20,000 bases of DNA from an uncultured virus (IMG/VR IMGVR_UViG_3300025617_000008) (IMGVR_UViG_3300025617_000008); one strand, 5' to 3'. Counted from the first letter of the stretch, positions 1-10,294 are shown. The notes: a model not told the origin generated them from the sequence alone. A program made the numbers and translations.

Positions 1-1042
1 CATCAAATAACACATCAACATCGTCATTTGGTACTGGTGGTAAATCTAAATCTTGGAAACTAATTAGTTTAATAGATTCGCCTACACCGTCTACTAGCCA
101 ATCTCCGCTAGCATATATTTCAGGTTCTACATTTCCTGAAAATGATACTTTTAGACCGTTTGTAAATTTAATATCATTAGAACTAGTATACTGTGCTTTT
201 CCAATAATTTCTGTTTCAACATTAATTTTAGTATTTTCATCAATAGACGAAATTCTAAACATGCCTACTCTATCAATATTATTACCACTTTGATAATAAA
301 GCACATCAGGACTATTAATCGGAACTTGAATTGTTACTGTTCCAACTTCAATTCCATTATTCTGTACACCTGTATTATAATTGGCAATATCGCCTTCTGT
401 TGGATTTCTTCTAATATAAAAAGGATCTCCAGGAGTATTAACATTAAAAGTGTATGTTTGCCCTCTATAAAGAGTTAATCCAGGATTAGGTGTTAAGCCA
501 TCTGGAAAGAAAATAAATTCGTTTTCGCCTTGGCTTCTTACTCTGTATTCGGATTCGACACCAAGTGCTTGACCGCTTACACTAACAGTATCAGGGCCTT
601 GCGGTAGCCAATAGTATTCTCTATAATTAATAAACTTATCCCAGTCAATTGGAGGATTCCAAGCGTAACTTTTTAATCCAGTTGTTAGATCATCACGCTC
701 GTTGTTATTATTAAAAAATTCTAATTGACTTTTTACATCAAGATAATCATAAAAATCTGTAACACTTCCGTTATTAGAATCAGTTACCACAACGCCAGGT
801 TCTAGTTGATAAGCATGTCTTAGTGATTCTTCTTTATCAATGTAGATATCTTTACTGTTGTAAGTTCTACCATAATTTCTTCCAATGTATCCAGAAATCC
901 TGTCCAGTGTTCCTGGTTGAACAAGTGGATCTAAAGTAGCACTTAAAAACTTCCTATTAGTAGGACTTTTAAAAATTTCCGGAAGTAACTCATATGTCTC
1001 TCTTACCGGCAATTCACTTTGTTTGAATATCTTTTTGCTCAT
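1..1042 (-). CDS. Large virion structural protein, probable baseplate wedge subunit (gp7-like position); partial, runs off the left edge
   Basis: Not in the ORF track because it has no stop in the window. ATG at 1042 overlaps the TAA of the upstream gene (TAATG). Manual translation: MSKKIFKQSELPVRETYELLPEIFKSPTNRKFLSATLDPLVQPG...FINYREYYWLPQGP...NPGLTLYRGQTYTF...PDVLYYQ. Lies directly downstream of the gp6-like wedge gene. Confidence 0.75.
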   Translation of the reverse strand, partial: MSKKIFKQSELPVRETYELLPEIFKSPTNRKFLSATLDPLVQPGTLDRISGYIGRNYGRTYNSKDIYIDKEESLRHAYQLEPGVVVTDSNNGSVTDFYDYLDVKSQLEFFNNNNERDDLTTGLKSYAWNPPIDWDKFINYREYYWLPQGPDTVSVSGQALGVESEYRVRSQGENEFIFFPDGLTPNPGLTLYRGQTYTFNVNTPGDPFYIRRNPTEGDIANYNTGVQNNGIEVGTVTIQVPINSPDVLYYQSGNNIDRVGMFRISSIDENTKINVETEIIGKAQYTSSNDIKFTNGLKVSFSGNVEPEIYASGDWLVDGVGESIKLISFQDLDLPPVPNDDVDVLFD

Positions 1043-4000
1043 TAACTGTTACTCGTCTTGGTTATAACTTGCGATTTTAACAAGTTCAATTCAGTTGCTG
1101 TGATAGTATCAACAATTTGTACATCGTCAACAGTTGCCGCACTAACAAGAATCTCATCTGGTTTTGATTGTATCTCAACTAAACTTCCGTATGCTTGGCT
1201 TTCTTGTTTAGGAACCATTACAACATTACTAATCTCTGGGGAATTATCTTGAATAATATATGCTAAAAGTTCACTAGCATAAAACTTGTCTCCAAAATCC
1301 CAATTTTCGATAGCAAAATAGTTTGTAATGCTTCTGATAATTTTTACCTTTAAATCATTATCATTAATTGTCATGTTTTTGTTTTTAACAACTTTAAATG
1401 TTGATTGGAAATCTGTATTTGCTTTTGTTCCAAATAGCGGAAAGTATGTCACTGGATGATATACTATTTCATCGCTAATAGTTTTTAAGTCTGCTAATGG
1501 AGAACCAAACTGTATTCTTAAACTTTCTGGTGTTGGTTCTTGTGGTGCTGTGCTTGTTGCTCCAATTAAATATTTTCTATAGTTAATATCATACGATCTT
1601 ACTAACAAATATATGTCAATAATGTTACTAACACTAGGATCAATTCGTCTATCACTACTAGCGTTATGAATGTATTGGAATTTTAATCCGCTTCGACCGA
1701 CATAAGCAACATACGATGGTTCTAAAATAAATGTTCTTGTAATTAGATCAACACGCTTAATAAAGTTTTCTGCCTGATCATAAAAATAAATTAATTGATT
1801 ATGATCATAATCGTTAACGCTTGTATTAACTTCTTTATCTTTAACTAAGATTGTGTTATTATCATTTTGAATAAATTCAAAATTTGTAAATCCAAAATTG
1901 TCTGTAGACTTTTTAAAGAACAAATACTTGTCTGTTAAGTCTGTTCCAACAACATCATCAAAGCTGTCGGGGTTGTCAATTACGCCATCGTCATCAGTGT
2001 CGTAAAATGTTACCTTTACACTTTCTGTACTTTGATAACCGTCTTCAAATCTTACACTGTCAGCAATTTCAAACTTAATATCGTTCTTTAACGTTCTGTC
2101 TTGATCAATAATTGTTGTAACATCTGTTACTGTAAAGTCTGGATTTGTGTTTTTAAGTTCAATAATCTTATTAGCAATATCTTCTGGAGAAAGTTCTTTG
2201 CCTTCTGGAATACTGTTAATATCCAAGATATTAATTTGATCTTTAATAACTGTTCGATTTTTACTGTCATAGATTTTTTCTGATCTATCAAAGTAAAATC
2301 TATTTTGCTGAACACTTGAAAACACATAGTTTGTGCCTCGTACTCTTACTCTAAATTCATCACCATCATAAACAAACGCTAACAACCAACTAGCATCAGC
2401 ATTTGTATTTGAATTGTCTCCGGCTTGTCCTAAACTAAAGTCACTAGCTAAATCAATATTATTACTTGAAATAACTTTCCATGTTCTTGTTTCGATATTA
2501 TATCTTAATCCAAATGTTTGACTAGCAAAACTTAAATTTAAAATTTCAGTTTCAATATCAACTGGTAAGTTACTAATAAACTTAGGAACAACCTGTGACG
2601 GAATAGCATTTGATGGTACAGGATCAGAAAGTGTAATCGGTCCAACGCCACTAGAAAGATTTCCTTGTCCAGCATTTGTACCATCGCCAACTGCTCTTAC
2701 TACTTTAGACCAAATATACTTCTTGTGTGTTTTATCTGTAGGATCATAAGTTACAAGTGTTCCATCTTTAAATGCTTGTGTGCTAAGAGGAGGTAAAAAC
2801 TTAATTAAACTACCTGCTTCAACAAATCTTAAGTTACTAGAAGTGTACACACCAACCTTAATTGGAAATTCATCAAAAATGTTACCAAAGTATCCTGTAC
2901 TTTCATTTACATCTGATGTTGATTGTAACCACTTAACACTAACATCACTTGTAAAAATTTTATCAAAGTTAGTTAGGTAAAAATTGTATGTTTGAAAATC
3001 CTCAATCGCTGGTTCTATTGTATTTCTAATATAATTTAGTACAATATTTTTATTTGTATAGCGATAACTAAATGCTCTTTCTGTATTTGTTCTATAAATT
3101 AAACCATCATCAGCAAAAACATTTACCATTGAATATTTTCCGCTAGCATCAATAATATCAAAGTTTCTACTAATGCCGCTTGCTGTTCTGTTTATTGCTT
3201 TTACTTTTAATATTTCTTGTGAACTGCCTAACGGAGCAAGATTATAATCTTCGCCAGTTACCATTCTGTTTTGTGTATAGTATTGAGCTGGCGCTTTTGT
3301 TCTAATTGATTCTATTGTTTCAGACGCTGCACTATTATCAACTGTATATTGTAAAGACAGTGTAATTGTTAGTGTTTGACTTGAGCCTGTTCTACTATTG
3401 TAAGGAACTGAAATTGTAACATTGCGCATATCTCTTGGAGAAATACTGTATGTTGTTCCTACTGAAGTTCTGTAGAACGCTCTAAACGATCCTTGCGGTA
3501 AATTTCCAAATACACCATCTGAGAATAGCAAGTCAACAGCATCATTTTCTTGTGTGATCACAGTATAGATGTTTTTCTCTTGGCTTGTTAAACTATTATA
3601 GATAATGTTGTTGCCTTCTACAGAATCTACTTTTGTCCAAAGTGTATCTAGTTCACCTTGAGCGTCAAGTCTGTACAACCAAACATCATCATTATTAATA
3701 CCTTGTGATGTAATAGATACTTGTTCATTAACTGTCGGCTGTGTTACTTCAAAGTCAGCACTTTGTAGTGAGCCTTGTTTAAACATCATAAAGAATCCAG
3801 TGTTAGCACTGGCATTTCCTTTGCCGTCTTGTCTATAAATGAAACCGTAATTTCTTCCAGGTTGTGGAGCATCTTCATAGATATAATCTTCATCAATAAT
3901 AGAAGTGCTAGGAATTTCAAATCTTAAGTTTCTATCACCGGCAGACTTTGAAAAATTAAACAAAGGAGATGTAGTATTTGAACTGTTAAAACTATACTGC

Positions 4001-4554
4001 TCTGTAAAAATACCGTTAATAGTTTTTTGTCCTTGGTTCTTTCCAAATTCTGTATTTGGAACCATTGCCGAATTTAGTACAGTAATAAACTGTTCGTACC
4101 AATTTGGATTGGTAGGATCATTCCAGTTAATTGTTTGTCCAGTTAAGTTAATACCCGCACTATCTGTAAGTTGCTCGTCTGTTTCTACTGAAGTAAATTT
4201 AAGTAATCCGCTAGCAGATACATTTCTTTTAGCATTGTAAGAAAGCATACGTGCTATACGTAATACACTTTCTTTTCTGCTTGCTAATTCAATGAAGTTT
4301 TCTCTACTGTTTAGATCCATTCTAAACGAAAGACTTTGTCCTAAGAAAGCAATAAGATCTATAAGGGCAACATATTCCGAGCTTTCAATAAAATCGTTAA
4401 AGTCTTCTGGATAATTTTCTCTTAGATACTCAACCATCACACGACGAAGATTTTCAAAGTCGTATGATTTAAAGTCAGCATTGCGGAAGGTCTGGTATAT
4501 ACGTGTCCAGTCCTCAGCAAGTATTAAATTGTTTTGTCTAGTTGTTGTTGTCAT
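1042..4554 (-). CDS. Baseplate wedge subunit, T4 gp6-like, C-terminally extended (1170 aa)
   Basis: gp6/Baseplate-J-like motifs: DFKSYDFENLRRVMVEYLR..YPEDFNDFIESSE, ARMLSYNAKR, LLFSDGVFGNLP, ETIESIRTKAPAQYYTQNRMVTGEDY. Follows the gp25-like gene. Confidence 0.85.
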   Translation of the reverse strand: MTTTTRQNNLILAEDWTRIYQTFRNADFKSYDFENLRRVMVEYLRENYPEDFNDFIESSEYVALIDLIAFLGQSLSFRMDLNSRENFIELASRKESVLRIARMLSYNAKRNVSASGLLKFTSVETDEQLTDSAGINLTGQTINWNDPTNPNWYEQFITVLNSAMVPNTEFGKNQGQKTINGIFTEQYSFNSSNTTSPLFNFSKSAGDRNLRFEIPSTSIIDEDYIYEDAPQPGRNYGFIYRQDGKGNASANTGFFMMFKQGSLQSADFEVTQPTVNEQVSITSQGINNDDVWLYRLDAQGELDTLWTKVDSVEGNNIIYNSLTSQEKNIYTVITQENDAVDLLFSDGVFGNLPQGSFRAFYRTSVGTTYSISPRDMRNVTISVPYNSRTGSSQTLTITLSLQYTVDNSAASETIESIRTKAPAQYYTQNRMVTGEDYNLAPLGSSQEILKVKAINRTASGISRNFDIIDASGKYSMVNVFADDGLIYRTNTERAFSYRYTNKNIVLNYIRNTIEPAIEDFQTYNFYLTNFDKIFTSDVSVKWLQSTSDVNESTGYFGNIFDEFPIKVGVYTSSNLRFVEAGSLIKFLPPLSTQAFKDGTLVTYDPTDKTHKKYIWSKVVRAVGDGTNAGQGNLSSGVGPITLSDPVPSNAIPSQVVPKFISNLPVDIETEILNLSFASQTFGLRYNIETRTWKVISSNNIDLASDFSLGQAGDNSNTNADASWLLAFVYDGDEFRVRVRGTNYVFSSVQQNRFYFDRSEKIYDSKNRTVIKDQINILDINSIPEGKELSPEDIANKIIELKNTNPDFTVTDVTTIIDQDRTLKNDIKFEIADSVRFEDGYQSTESVKVTFYDTDDDGVIDNPDSFDDVVGTDLTDKYLFFKKSTDNFGFTNFEFIQNDNNTILVKDKEVNTSVNDYDHNQLIYFYDQAENFIKRVDLITRTFILEPSYVAYVGRSGLKFQYIHNASSDRRIDPSVSNIIDIYLLVRSYDINYRKYLIGATSTAPQEPTPESLRIQFGSPLADLKTISDEIVYHPVTYFPLFGTKANTDFQSTFKVVKNKNMTINDNDLKVKIIRSITNYFAIENWDFGDKFYASELLAYIIQDNSPEISNVVMVPKQESQAYGSLVEIQSKPDEILVSAATVDDVQIVDTITATELNLLKSQVITKTSNS

Positions 4555-4575
4555 CTTTGTCTATGCCCTATATGC

Positions 4576-4599
4576 TATTTACCGTATCTAAAAAACTGC
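4576..4599 (-). promoter_or_regulatory. Putative late promoter (GCAGTTTT-N10-TAAATA) for the wedge genes
   Basis: Minus strand reads AATAAAATGCGCAGTTTTTTAGATACGGTAAATA, ending 22 nt before the ATG at 4554. TAAATA is the core of the T4 late promoter TATAAATA. Confidence 0.6.
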
Positions 4600-4608
4600 G
4601 CATTTTAT

Positions 4609-5046
4609 TTAGACGTCAGACTTATTAAAGTCTAACACTAGTCTTTCAGTTAAGTTTAATTGTACATACTGTAAATCGACTTCAACTTGTATACCATATT
4701 CAGTAGCATCAACGCTTATATTAGATGGATTTACACGTGGATCTCTGTTAATAATGTCTTCAACATCGTCGGCAACTTTTTGTATGTTTTCTTCTGTCAT
4801 TGGTTCGAATACCATTGACCATATTATAGTTCCAAAATCAGGCTGTTCTAGCTTCTCGCCTTTTCTAATATGGAAGTGATTAAGGAGATCTTGCTTTATT
4901 AGTGCTAGATCGTTTTCTTTAAAGTGATTTTTCTTTTTTCTAGAGTTAAATCCCTTATAAACCATTGGGCCAGCATCAACAGAGGTAGCACCTAGATTTG
5001 CTTCGCTAGATTCAACCTTTTGCTGATTATAAATTCTTCTAACCAT
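4609..5046 (-). CDS. Baseplate wedge subunit, gp25/GPW-like
   Basis: 145 aa with LIKQDLLNHFHIRKGEKLEQPDFGTIIWSMVFEP...IINRDPRV, the typical GPW_gp25 pattern (RxGE...PxFG...lFEP...ePRV). Confidence 0.9.
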   Translation of the reverse strand: MVRRIYNQQKVESSEANLGATSVDAGPMVYKGFNSRKKKNHFKENDLALIKQDLLNHFHIRKGEKLEQPDFGTIIWSMVFEPMTEENIQKVADDVEDIINRDPRVNPSNISVDATEYGIQVEVDLQYVQLNLTERLVLDFNKSDV

Positions 5047-5048
5047 TA

Positions 5049-6710
5049 TTATTCCTCATCATTATCCCTGTTTGTTTTAATAGGCGAAACACTTAAAGGA
5101 TCATTGTTCTCATGTTCTTTCCACGGTTCGTGCTGTGGAATACGCTTCATAATGCTTTCTAGGCCTTCATCGCTTTGATATTCTTTGTTAGCCCAAGGAA
5201 GTTTTATATCTGTAACACTATTTAAGTGAGTTGAAAGTTGCTGTGCAACTGTTACAGATGCTACTGCTCCTGGCTCTGCTACTTGAGCAGGATCGCAATT
5301 CATTTCAATCTTATCAGCAGTTTCTCTATGGAAGTTTTTACTGCTTATATTTGTACTATCGTTAGATCTAATTCTTGTATTTTTCACTGATGTTGTGTTA
5401 ACGTTATCTGCTTTAAGTTTATAATCTTTCTCAACAGTAACTTCCGTATTACCTTTAACATGATGTCTATCGGATCCGTCAATTACTGTGCTAACATCTT
5501 CAGTAACTTTTGTTGTCTTGAATCCGCCAACAATAGTAGTTAGGTTTCCTGCGGCGTCAACATGTATGCGGCCTACCGTTGAAGGTGTTCCTGTATCTCC
5601 TGTTGGACTTTCTGTATTTGTTCCGCTTGCTTTAATATTGATATTTCTTTGTGCTTCCATATTGATATCTCTACCAGCATGAAAATTAAAATCTTGTTGT
5701 GTATGAACGCTTATACTGTCTTGAGCAAAGATATCTATCTTTCCATCTGAGCTTAGTTCAATCCAGGCTGTTCCCCTGCTGTTACCAATATAAATTAAAT
5801 CTTCTGAATTGTGTAACAGTATTTGATGTCCTGTTCTAGTTCGTAATCTAAAACTTTCACCATATGGTATTCTAACATCACCATCAGTTTCACCTTCTAG
5901 AACACTGGCATATTCTGGCGGCCCAGCATCTGCTGTTGTTTTCCTTAAAAATCGCTCGTCGCCGTCGTCCATGACAAACTGATGTCCGCCTAAGCGACTT
6001 ACAAACTCTGTATTTCGTATTTCTTCTGTCGTCCCAACATCAGCTGTTTTTGCTCCGGGTCTTTTATCAATTGGACCAGGAGTACTAATACCATAAACAT
6101 TAGAAATAGCAGTTCTAACCATTGTACTAGTATGACTTCCTCTGATTGGATCTCCTATTAGTCCACTATCTAACAAAAATCCTGCTAATGGATGTACTGG
6201 TCTTTTATTTCTTTCAGCAAAACTATTTGCTTCAGTACTTTCTAACGCTGTGTTTACTTCTGCTACCGGTAATACTGTCGTTTGTCCATAATCTGCTTGT
6301 TGTTCCGGAGTAAGGTCAGCATTTGCGGCAGCCGCGATTCCTGGCACCATGTGATTTACACCAACTTGCGGTATAACGCCAATCCAGTACCAAGTTTTTG
6401 TGTCTTCTGTTTGGACTACTAATACTTGAGTTCCAATATCTGGCGGAACAAAACTCATACCATATGACTTTTGAGTATCATTATACGCTTTAGCATTGCC
6501 TGTGTTTTGTCCATTAAAGTCGCTGTTGGTATAACCAAAGAACGGTGGAGCATAGTAAGCAGGAACATAGCTAGTCTCACTGCCATAAACGGCAGGGTCG
6601 TAACCTTCAATAGTTACAAATAGTGTGCCTGCTCCTTGTCCAACATCGTGTCCAATGACTCTAGCAGTTTTTGGACCTGAATATCCTACCTCTTGTTTAC
6701 TAATACTCAT
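5049..6710 (-). CDS. Baseplate central spike, gp5/VgrG-like (OB-fold plus beta-helix), no lysozyme domain evident
   Basis: N-terminal SYGMSFVPPDIGTQVLVV (gp5 OB-fold-like), then GGHQFVMDDG, LRTRTGHQILLHNSEDLIYIGN..GTAWIELSSDGKIDI and repeated beta-strand segments. Upstream of gp25. Confidence 0.8.
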   Translation of the reverse strand: MSISKQEVGYSGPKTARVIGHDVGQGAGTLFVTIEGYDPAVYGSETSYVPAYYAPPFFGYTNSDFNGQNTGNAKAYNDTQKSYGMSFVPPDIGTQVLVVQTEDTKTWYWIGVIPQVGVNHMVPGIAAAANADLTPEQQADYGQTTVLPVAEVNTALESTEANSFAERNKRPVHPLAGFLLDSGLIGDPIRGSHTSTMVRTAISNVYGISTPGPIDKRPGAKTADVGTTEEIRNTEFVSRLGGHQFVMDDGDERFLRKTTADAGPPEYASVLEGETDGDVRIPYGESFRLRTRTGHQILLHNSEDLIYIGNSRGTAWIELSSDGKIDIFAQDSISVHTQQDFNFHAGRDINMEAQRNINIKASGTNTESPTGDTGTPSTVGRIHVDAAGNLTTIVGGFKTTKVTEDVSTVIDGSDRHHVKGNTEVTVEKDYKLKADNVNTTSVKNTRIRSNDSTNISSKNFHRETADKIEMNCDPAQVAEPGAVASVTVAQQLSTHLNSVTDIKLPWANKEYQSDEGLESIMKRIPQHEPWKEHENNDPLSVSPIKTNRDNDEE

Positions 6711-8830
6711 TCCGAACCACCTTTTTTATACATATTTTTAACTGTGTATGTTCCTAGATCTGATCGTGATTGGAAATCACTTCCTAATAAACTCTGTGTT
6801 CTACCAGCGGCAGCAGATTGAGCTCCTGTGTTTAAAATCTCCGGGTCAACAGTAAGATCTTTAATTAAAGTAAGATTCTGTGTAAACACACCTTCTTCAA
6901 AATGATTTCTTATTAGTAATGCTCTATACACTCCACTAAACGGATGATCTATTCCAGCATCTGGTGCTATAGGCAAGTTACTTCCAGGATATGGATAGTC
7001 TTGTATTGTTCTAAATCGAACATAGACTCTTATTTCATGGCCTTCCCAAGCCATTGAACTAGGCAAGTAAGTTTGATTTCCTAGCCCGCCTGTAGGAATA
7101 AAATATGGATCTCCAAGTATTTTTAATTTGAGTTGAATTTGATATAAATTGTCAGCATCGTCTTCTTTGTTTGTTTGTCCTGTAACATTAGCGGCGACCC
7201 ATCTAGCAACACTTAATTCAGCGGCATCAATACCTAAGCCGCCTGGCACAGCCGGAAAAGACTTTTTATCAGGTTCTGTTGGATATGCGCCTGGTGCTAG
7301 AAATGAAAATACATCGCTTCGGCCTTGTACTGGTTTAACCCAAGTATACTCTCCCTTGGCCAGTGTGTTGCTTTGCCTCTCAGCAAGAGTTTCAAACGAA
7401 GCATGATTTCCAGCAAGGAAAAATGCCGCATTAAATTCTAGATTATAGTCTATAATGTCATCATTTTCGCCAGTATATAGATAAGAATAAACTTTTCTAA
7501 TCACTTCAGTAGTTTTTTCAGTCATTTGAACTTCAGTTGTTGACTGTTTTATTTGATCTAATTTTTTCTTAAAAGGCTTTACAGTGTAAATTAATTTTTT
7601 AGGAAACTTACCTGTTAATGGGTCAACTGGTCCTTCTGGGTCTAAAAATTCAGCTCTTTTTTCTACAGTAAAATAAATTGTGTCGCCGTCTTCGTCCGCT
7701 TCTTGAGCGGCTCTGGTGCCTACTGTAGTGTGACACATTACATCTGTAATAACTGTAAGAAGGTCGAGTCTTTTTTCTGTAGTTGAATTATAAACAAATC
7801 TAGCATCGAGTAATTTATTATTTTTAGAATTAGGAGTTGTATTATTACCAAAGATAAGATTGTCTGTTTCTAAACCGCCTACCCCTTTAAGTTTAGCAGG
7901 ATCACTTAAAAATGTTTCCCATTCTGGGTTTTCAGGCCAAGAAATGTCCTCAGTATCAGTAAAATTATAATTATCAAGGCGTATTTGGTATTCATCAGCA
8001 AGGGTTTTTACTTTTCTTTCCTTAATTAATTCTTGTTCTTTGGTATTCATTGCTTTTTCTAAATTGAACAACGCTATTCGTGGAGATCTTCCTGCTGGAA
8101 AACTAACTTGGCTACCAACATCGATATTAAAATCATTTAACGACATTGCATCGCCGGCTTGCATAAAAGTTACAGTGTAATTACTGCCTGATCCGTCTGC
8201 TTTAAAAGTGATATTTTGTAAAAGGATTGGGATAAATCGTCTAGCACCGTCAATGTTAGTAGATGTGCCGTTTTGCCATCCTAAAAAATCTATTCTAACA
8301 ATAAATGGAGTTTGAATAAAATGATTATATCCAGATAATTTAGCACTAGACATTAAACTTTCAAACCATTGTCCTAGGCTGTAAGGCTCAAAAACATCAA
8401 AGGATCCGCCTGCCATTCCTGTGTTACCGCCTTTAGTACTATCAGCACCAGGCATGTTTGTTAAGAAATTAAAACTATCAATAAAGTATTCAGGAATATT
8501 TTTTCCGCCGGCTGGTGATCTAGATCCAATGTCACCAGAGGAACCGGATTTTTCTCCAGTTTCTTTAGTGCCTGTGTATCCGCTTTCGCCTAACACAATC
8601 CATCTAGGATCTTGTCCATCAGAATCAACATAACTAGCATCATTAAATGAACGCTTATCGATAGCTCCAATAGATATTCTATAAGTTACAGATTCGTAGT
8701 TTTTTAAAATATTATCTTGAGCTTCAGGAAAACGCAGATATTTTTCTACTCGGGTTTCATATGTGCCAGCCGCTTCTCGAAGCTGATTTTTAGCAGATCT
8801 AAGTTTTGATGATTTTGAGTTGACTGCCAT
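6707..8830 (-). CDS. Probable baseplate hub protein (gp27/Mu gp44-like)
   Basis: 707 aa. C-terminal LKILGDPYFI...FSGVYRALLIRNHFEEGVFTQNLTLIK resembles hub-protein C-termini. Lies between the gp53-like and gp5-like genes; ATGA overlap with the next gene. Confidence 0.6.
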   Translation of the reverse strand: MAVNSKSSKLRSAKNQLREAAGTYETRVEKYLRFPEAQDNILKNYESVTYRISIGAIDKRSFNDASYVDSDGQDPRWIVLGESGYTGTKETGEKSGSSGDIGSRSPAGGKNIPEYFIDSFNFLTNMPGADSTKGGNTGMAGGSFDVFEPYSLGQWFESLMSSAKLSGYNHFIQTPFIVRIDFLGWQNGTSTNIDGARRFIPILLQNITFKADGSGSNYTVTFMQAGDAMSLNDFNIDVGSQVSFPAGRSPRIALFNLEKAMNTKEQELIKERKVKTLADEYQIRLDNYNFTDTEDISWPENPEWETFLSDPAKLKGVGGLETDNLIFGNNTTPNSKNNKLLDARFVYNSTTEKRLDLLTVITDVMCHTTVGTRAAQEADEDGDTIYFTVEKRAEFLDPEGPVDPLTGKFPKKLIYTVKPFKKKLDQIKQSTTEVQMTEKTTEVIRKVYSYLYTGENDDIIDYNLEFNAAFFLAGNHASFETLAERQSNTLAKGEYTWVKPVQGRSDVFSFLAPGAYPTEPDKKSFPAVPGGLGIDAAELSVARWVAANVTGQTNKEDDADNLYQIQLKLKILGDPYFIPTGGLGNQTYLPSSMAWEGHEIRVYVRFRTIQDYPYPGSNLPIAPDAGIDHPFSGVYRALLIRNHFEEGVFTQNLTLIKDLTVDPEILNTGAQSAAAGRTQSLLGSDFQSRSDLGTYTVKNMYKKGGSE

Positions 8831-8834
8831 CGTA

Positions 8835-9134
8835 CTATACTCCTAGTGAGGCTTTTAAAATGTCCGCTCTAGGTATGTATATGATTGTTCCTGGCTCAAA
8901 GTCAAAGATTGGATCTTTTAAAATAGACGGATTTCTTTGAGCAAATACCCACCATAATTTTGGTGTGTCATAAAGGTTGCTTGATAAAAGATCAGGTCGA
9001 TGTCTAAACTGACTTTCGATTTCGTATGTATAATCTGTGCTATTAACTGGAATAGTCCTTGCTTCAAGCAAATCTAAATAATTGTTGTTCATTGGTGTTT
9101 TAAACCAAGGACTTGTTTTTGCATATTCTGCCAT
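8835..9134 (-). CDS. Baseplate wedge subunit gp53-like / LysM-like (tail X) protein
   Basis: 99 aa with RPDLLSSNLYDTPKLWWVFAQRN..DPIFDFEPGTIIYIP, matching the gp53/LysM-type pattern. Confidence 0.8.
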   Translation of the reverse strand: MAEYAKTSPWFKTPMNNNYLDLLEARTIPVNSTDYTYEIESQFRHRPDLLSSNLYDTPKLWWVFAQRNPSILKDPIFDFEPGTIIYIPRADILKASLGV

Positions 9135-10234
9135 TATAAAATTCCTGTTTGGCCGCCATTGGCGTAATCATTTAAATTAAACTGTCTTAATTTTGCTCTG
9201 TTAAACACTGGCGAAACTGTTAATGAAATGTTACTGTCTAATGGTACATAATTTACAGCGCCGTTATAGAGAATTCTTTTATATTGTACGTTCTTAGCTA
9301 ATTCAATTGTGACTGATTTCACAACAATGTTAACTCCGCCTTTACTGCCTCCAAACATGTGGTCACCATAACCGTAAAGTTGTGCCACAACAGGCGGCAT
9401 GCCGTTTGGAAAACTTTCACCATAAAAACTTTTAGTTAGTACCTTAAAAAATCTTGTTGCCGCTAACCAGTACTTTCCTTCTTCTTCATTTTGTACTGTA
9501 AAATTTCCATTAATTACAATATCATCAACCGCACTGTTTTTATAACTTTGAAATGTGAAGTTGTTGTGTACCGGACTTTGTTGAACATAATTTCCTTTGT
9601 GGATTACTGATATTGTAGGAGTGTAAGGAAATACTACACTGTTTTTTCCATCTCGTGTTAACGGTCCTAGATACCCTTTTTCAGCGCCGGCAGATGCTAA
9701 AATAGATGTTAAATTTGTAACGCCAATTCTTACACGCCAGTCTCCTTTCAATGGTTTAACATTCGCACTGGCTGATTTTTTAGGATCGGTTACTCCGCCA
9801 GCACCTTTTGCAGCTTTTTCTAAATTTTCAGCTTGTGCTTTAGCATCTGAAAATAACGAATCGCCAAACGCTTTGGCGGCAGCACCTATTTCACTAATAG
9901 ATTTAAGGACGCCTTCACCGGCGGCAACAATTGATGATGCCGCATTAATTAACGCAAGCCCTGTACCTAAGGCACCTAATGCTTTTTCAATACCGTTTGC
10001 TTCTGGCTTTCCAAATATTCCGAATGAAAAACTTCCGCTACCTCCTCCAGGAGCGGCATTAGATCCTGAAGCAAAACTTCCTGACTGTACACCTGACCCT
10101 GTTGTTCCAGTAACTCCATTCGAACTCCATGTTTGATTTGGAGCAGTTCCAGCAACAGTGATTACGTTCCGAACACCTGTGCCTGTATTTGGTGCTGTGC
10201 CAGCTGTACTTGTTACATTTCTTGGTAATGCCAT
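9134..10234 (-). CDS. Probable tail tube initiator / baseplate-tube junction protein (gp48/gp54-like) with Gly/Ala/Ser-rich N-terminal half
   Basis: C-terminal VVFPYTPTISV..Y..PVHNNFTFQSYKNSAVDDIVINGNF...PPVVAQLYGYG resembles tube-fold proteins. First gene of the baseplate operon; its stop overlaps the next start (TAATG). Confidence 0.55.
   Translation of the reverse strand: MALPRNVTSTAGTAPNTGTGVRNVITVAGTAPNQTWSSNGVTGTTGSGVQSGSFASGSNAAPGGGSGSFSFGIFGKPEANGIEKALGALGTGLALINAASSIVAAGEGVLKSISEIGAAAKAFGDSLFSDAKAQAENLEKAAKGAGGVTDPKKSASANVKPLKGDWRVRIGVTNLTSILASAGAEKGYLGPLTRDGKNSVVFPYTPTISVIHKGNYVQQSPVHNNFTFQSYKNSAVDDIVINGNFTVQNEEEGKYWLAATRFFKVLTKSFYGESFPNGMPPVVAQLYGYGDHMFGGSKGGVNIVVKSVTIELAKNVQYKRILYNGAVNYVPLDSNISLTVSPVFNRAKLRQFNLNDYANGGQTGIL
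10136..10222 (-). repeat. Tandem peptide repeat RNVTSTAGTAPN / RNVITVAGTAPN
   Basis: Residues 5-16 and 22-33 of the 366-aa ORF, 9 of 12 identical. Confidence 0.8.
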
Positions 10235-10271
10235 TTTGGTAAAATTCCTCGTTATTTTGAATACTTTACTC

Positions 10272-10294
10272 TATTTATTTCAAGAGAAATGTGC
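10272..10294 (-). promoter_or_regulatory. Putative late promoter (GCACATTT-N9-TAAATA) for the baseplate operon
   Basis: Minus strand reads GCACATTTCTCTTGAAATAAATA, 38 nt upstream of the ATG at 10234. Confidence 0.6.
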
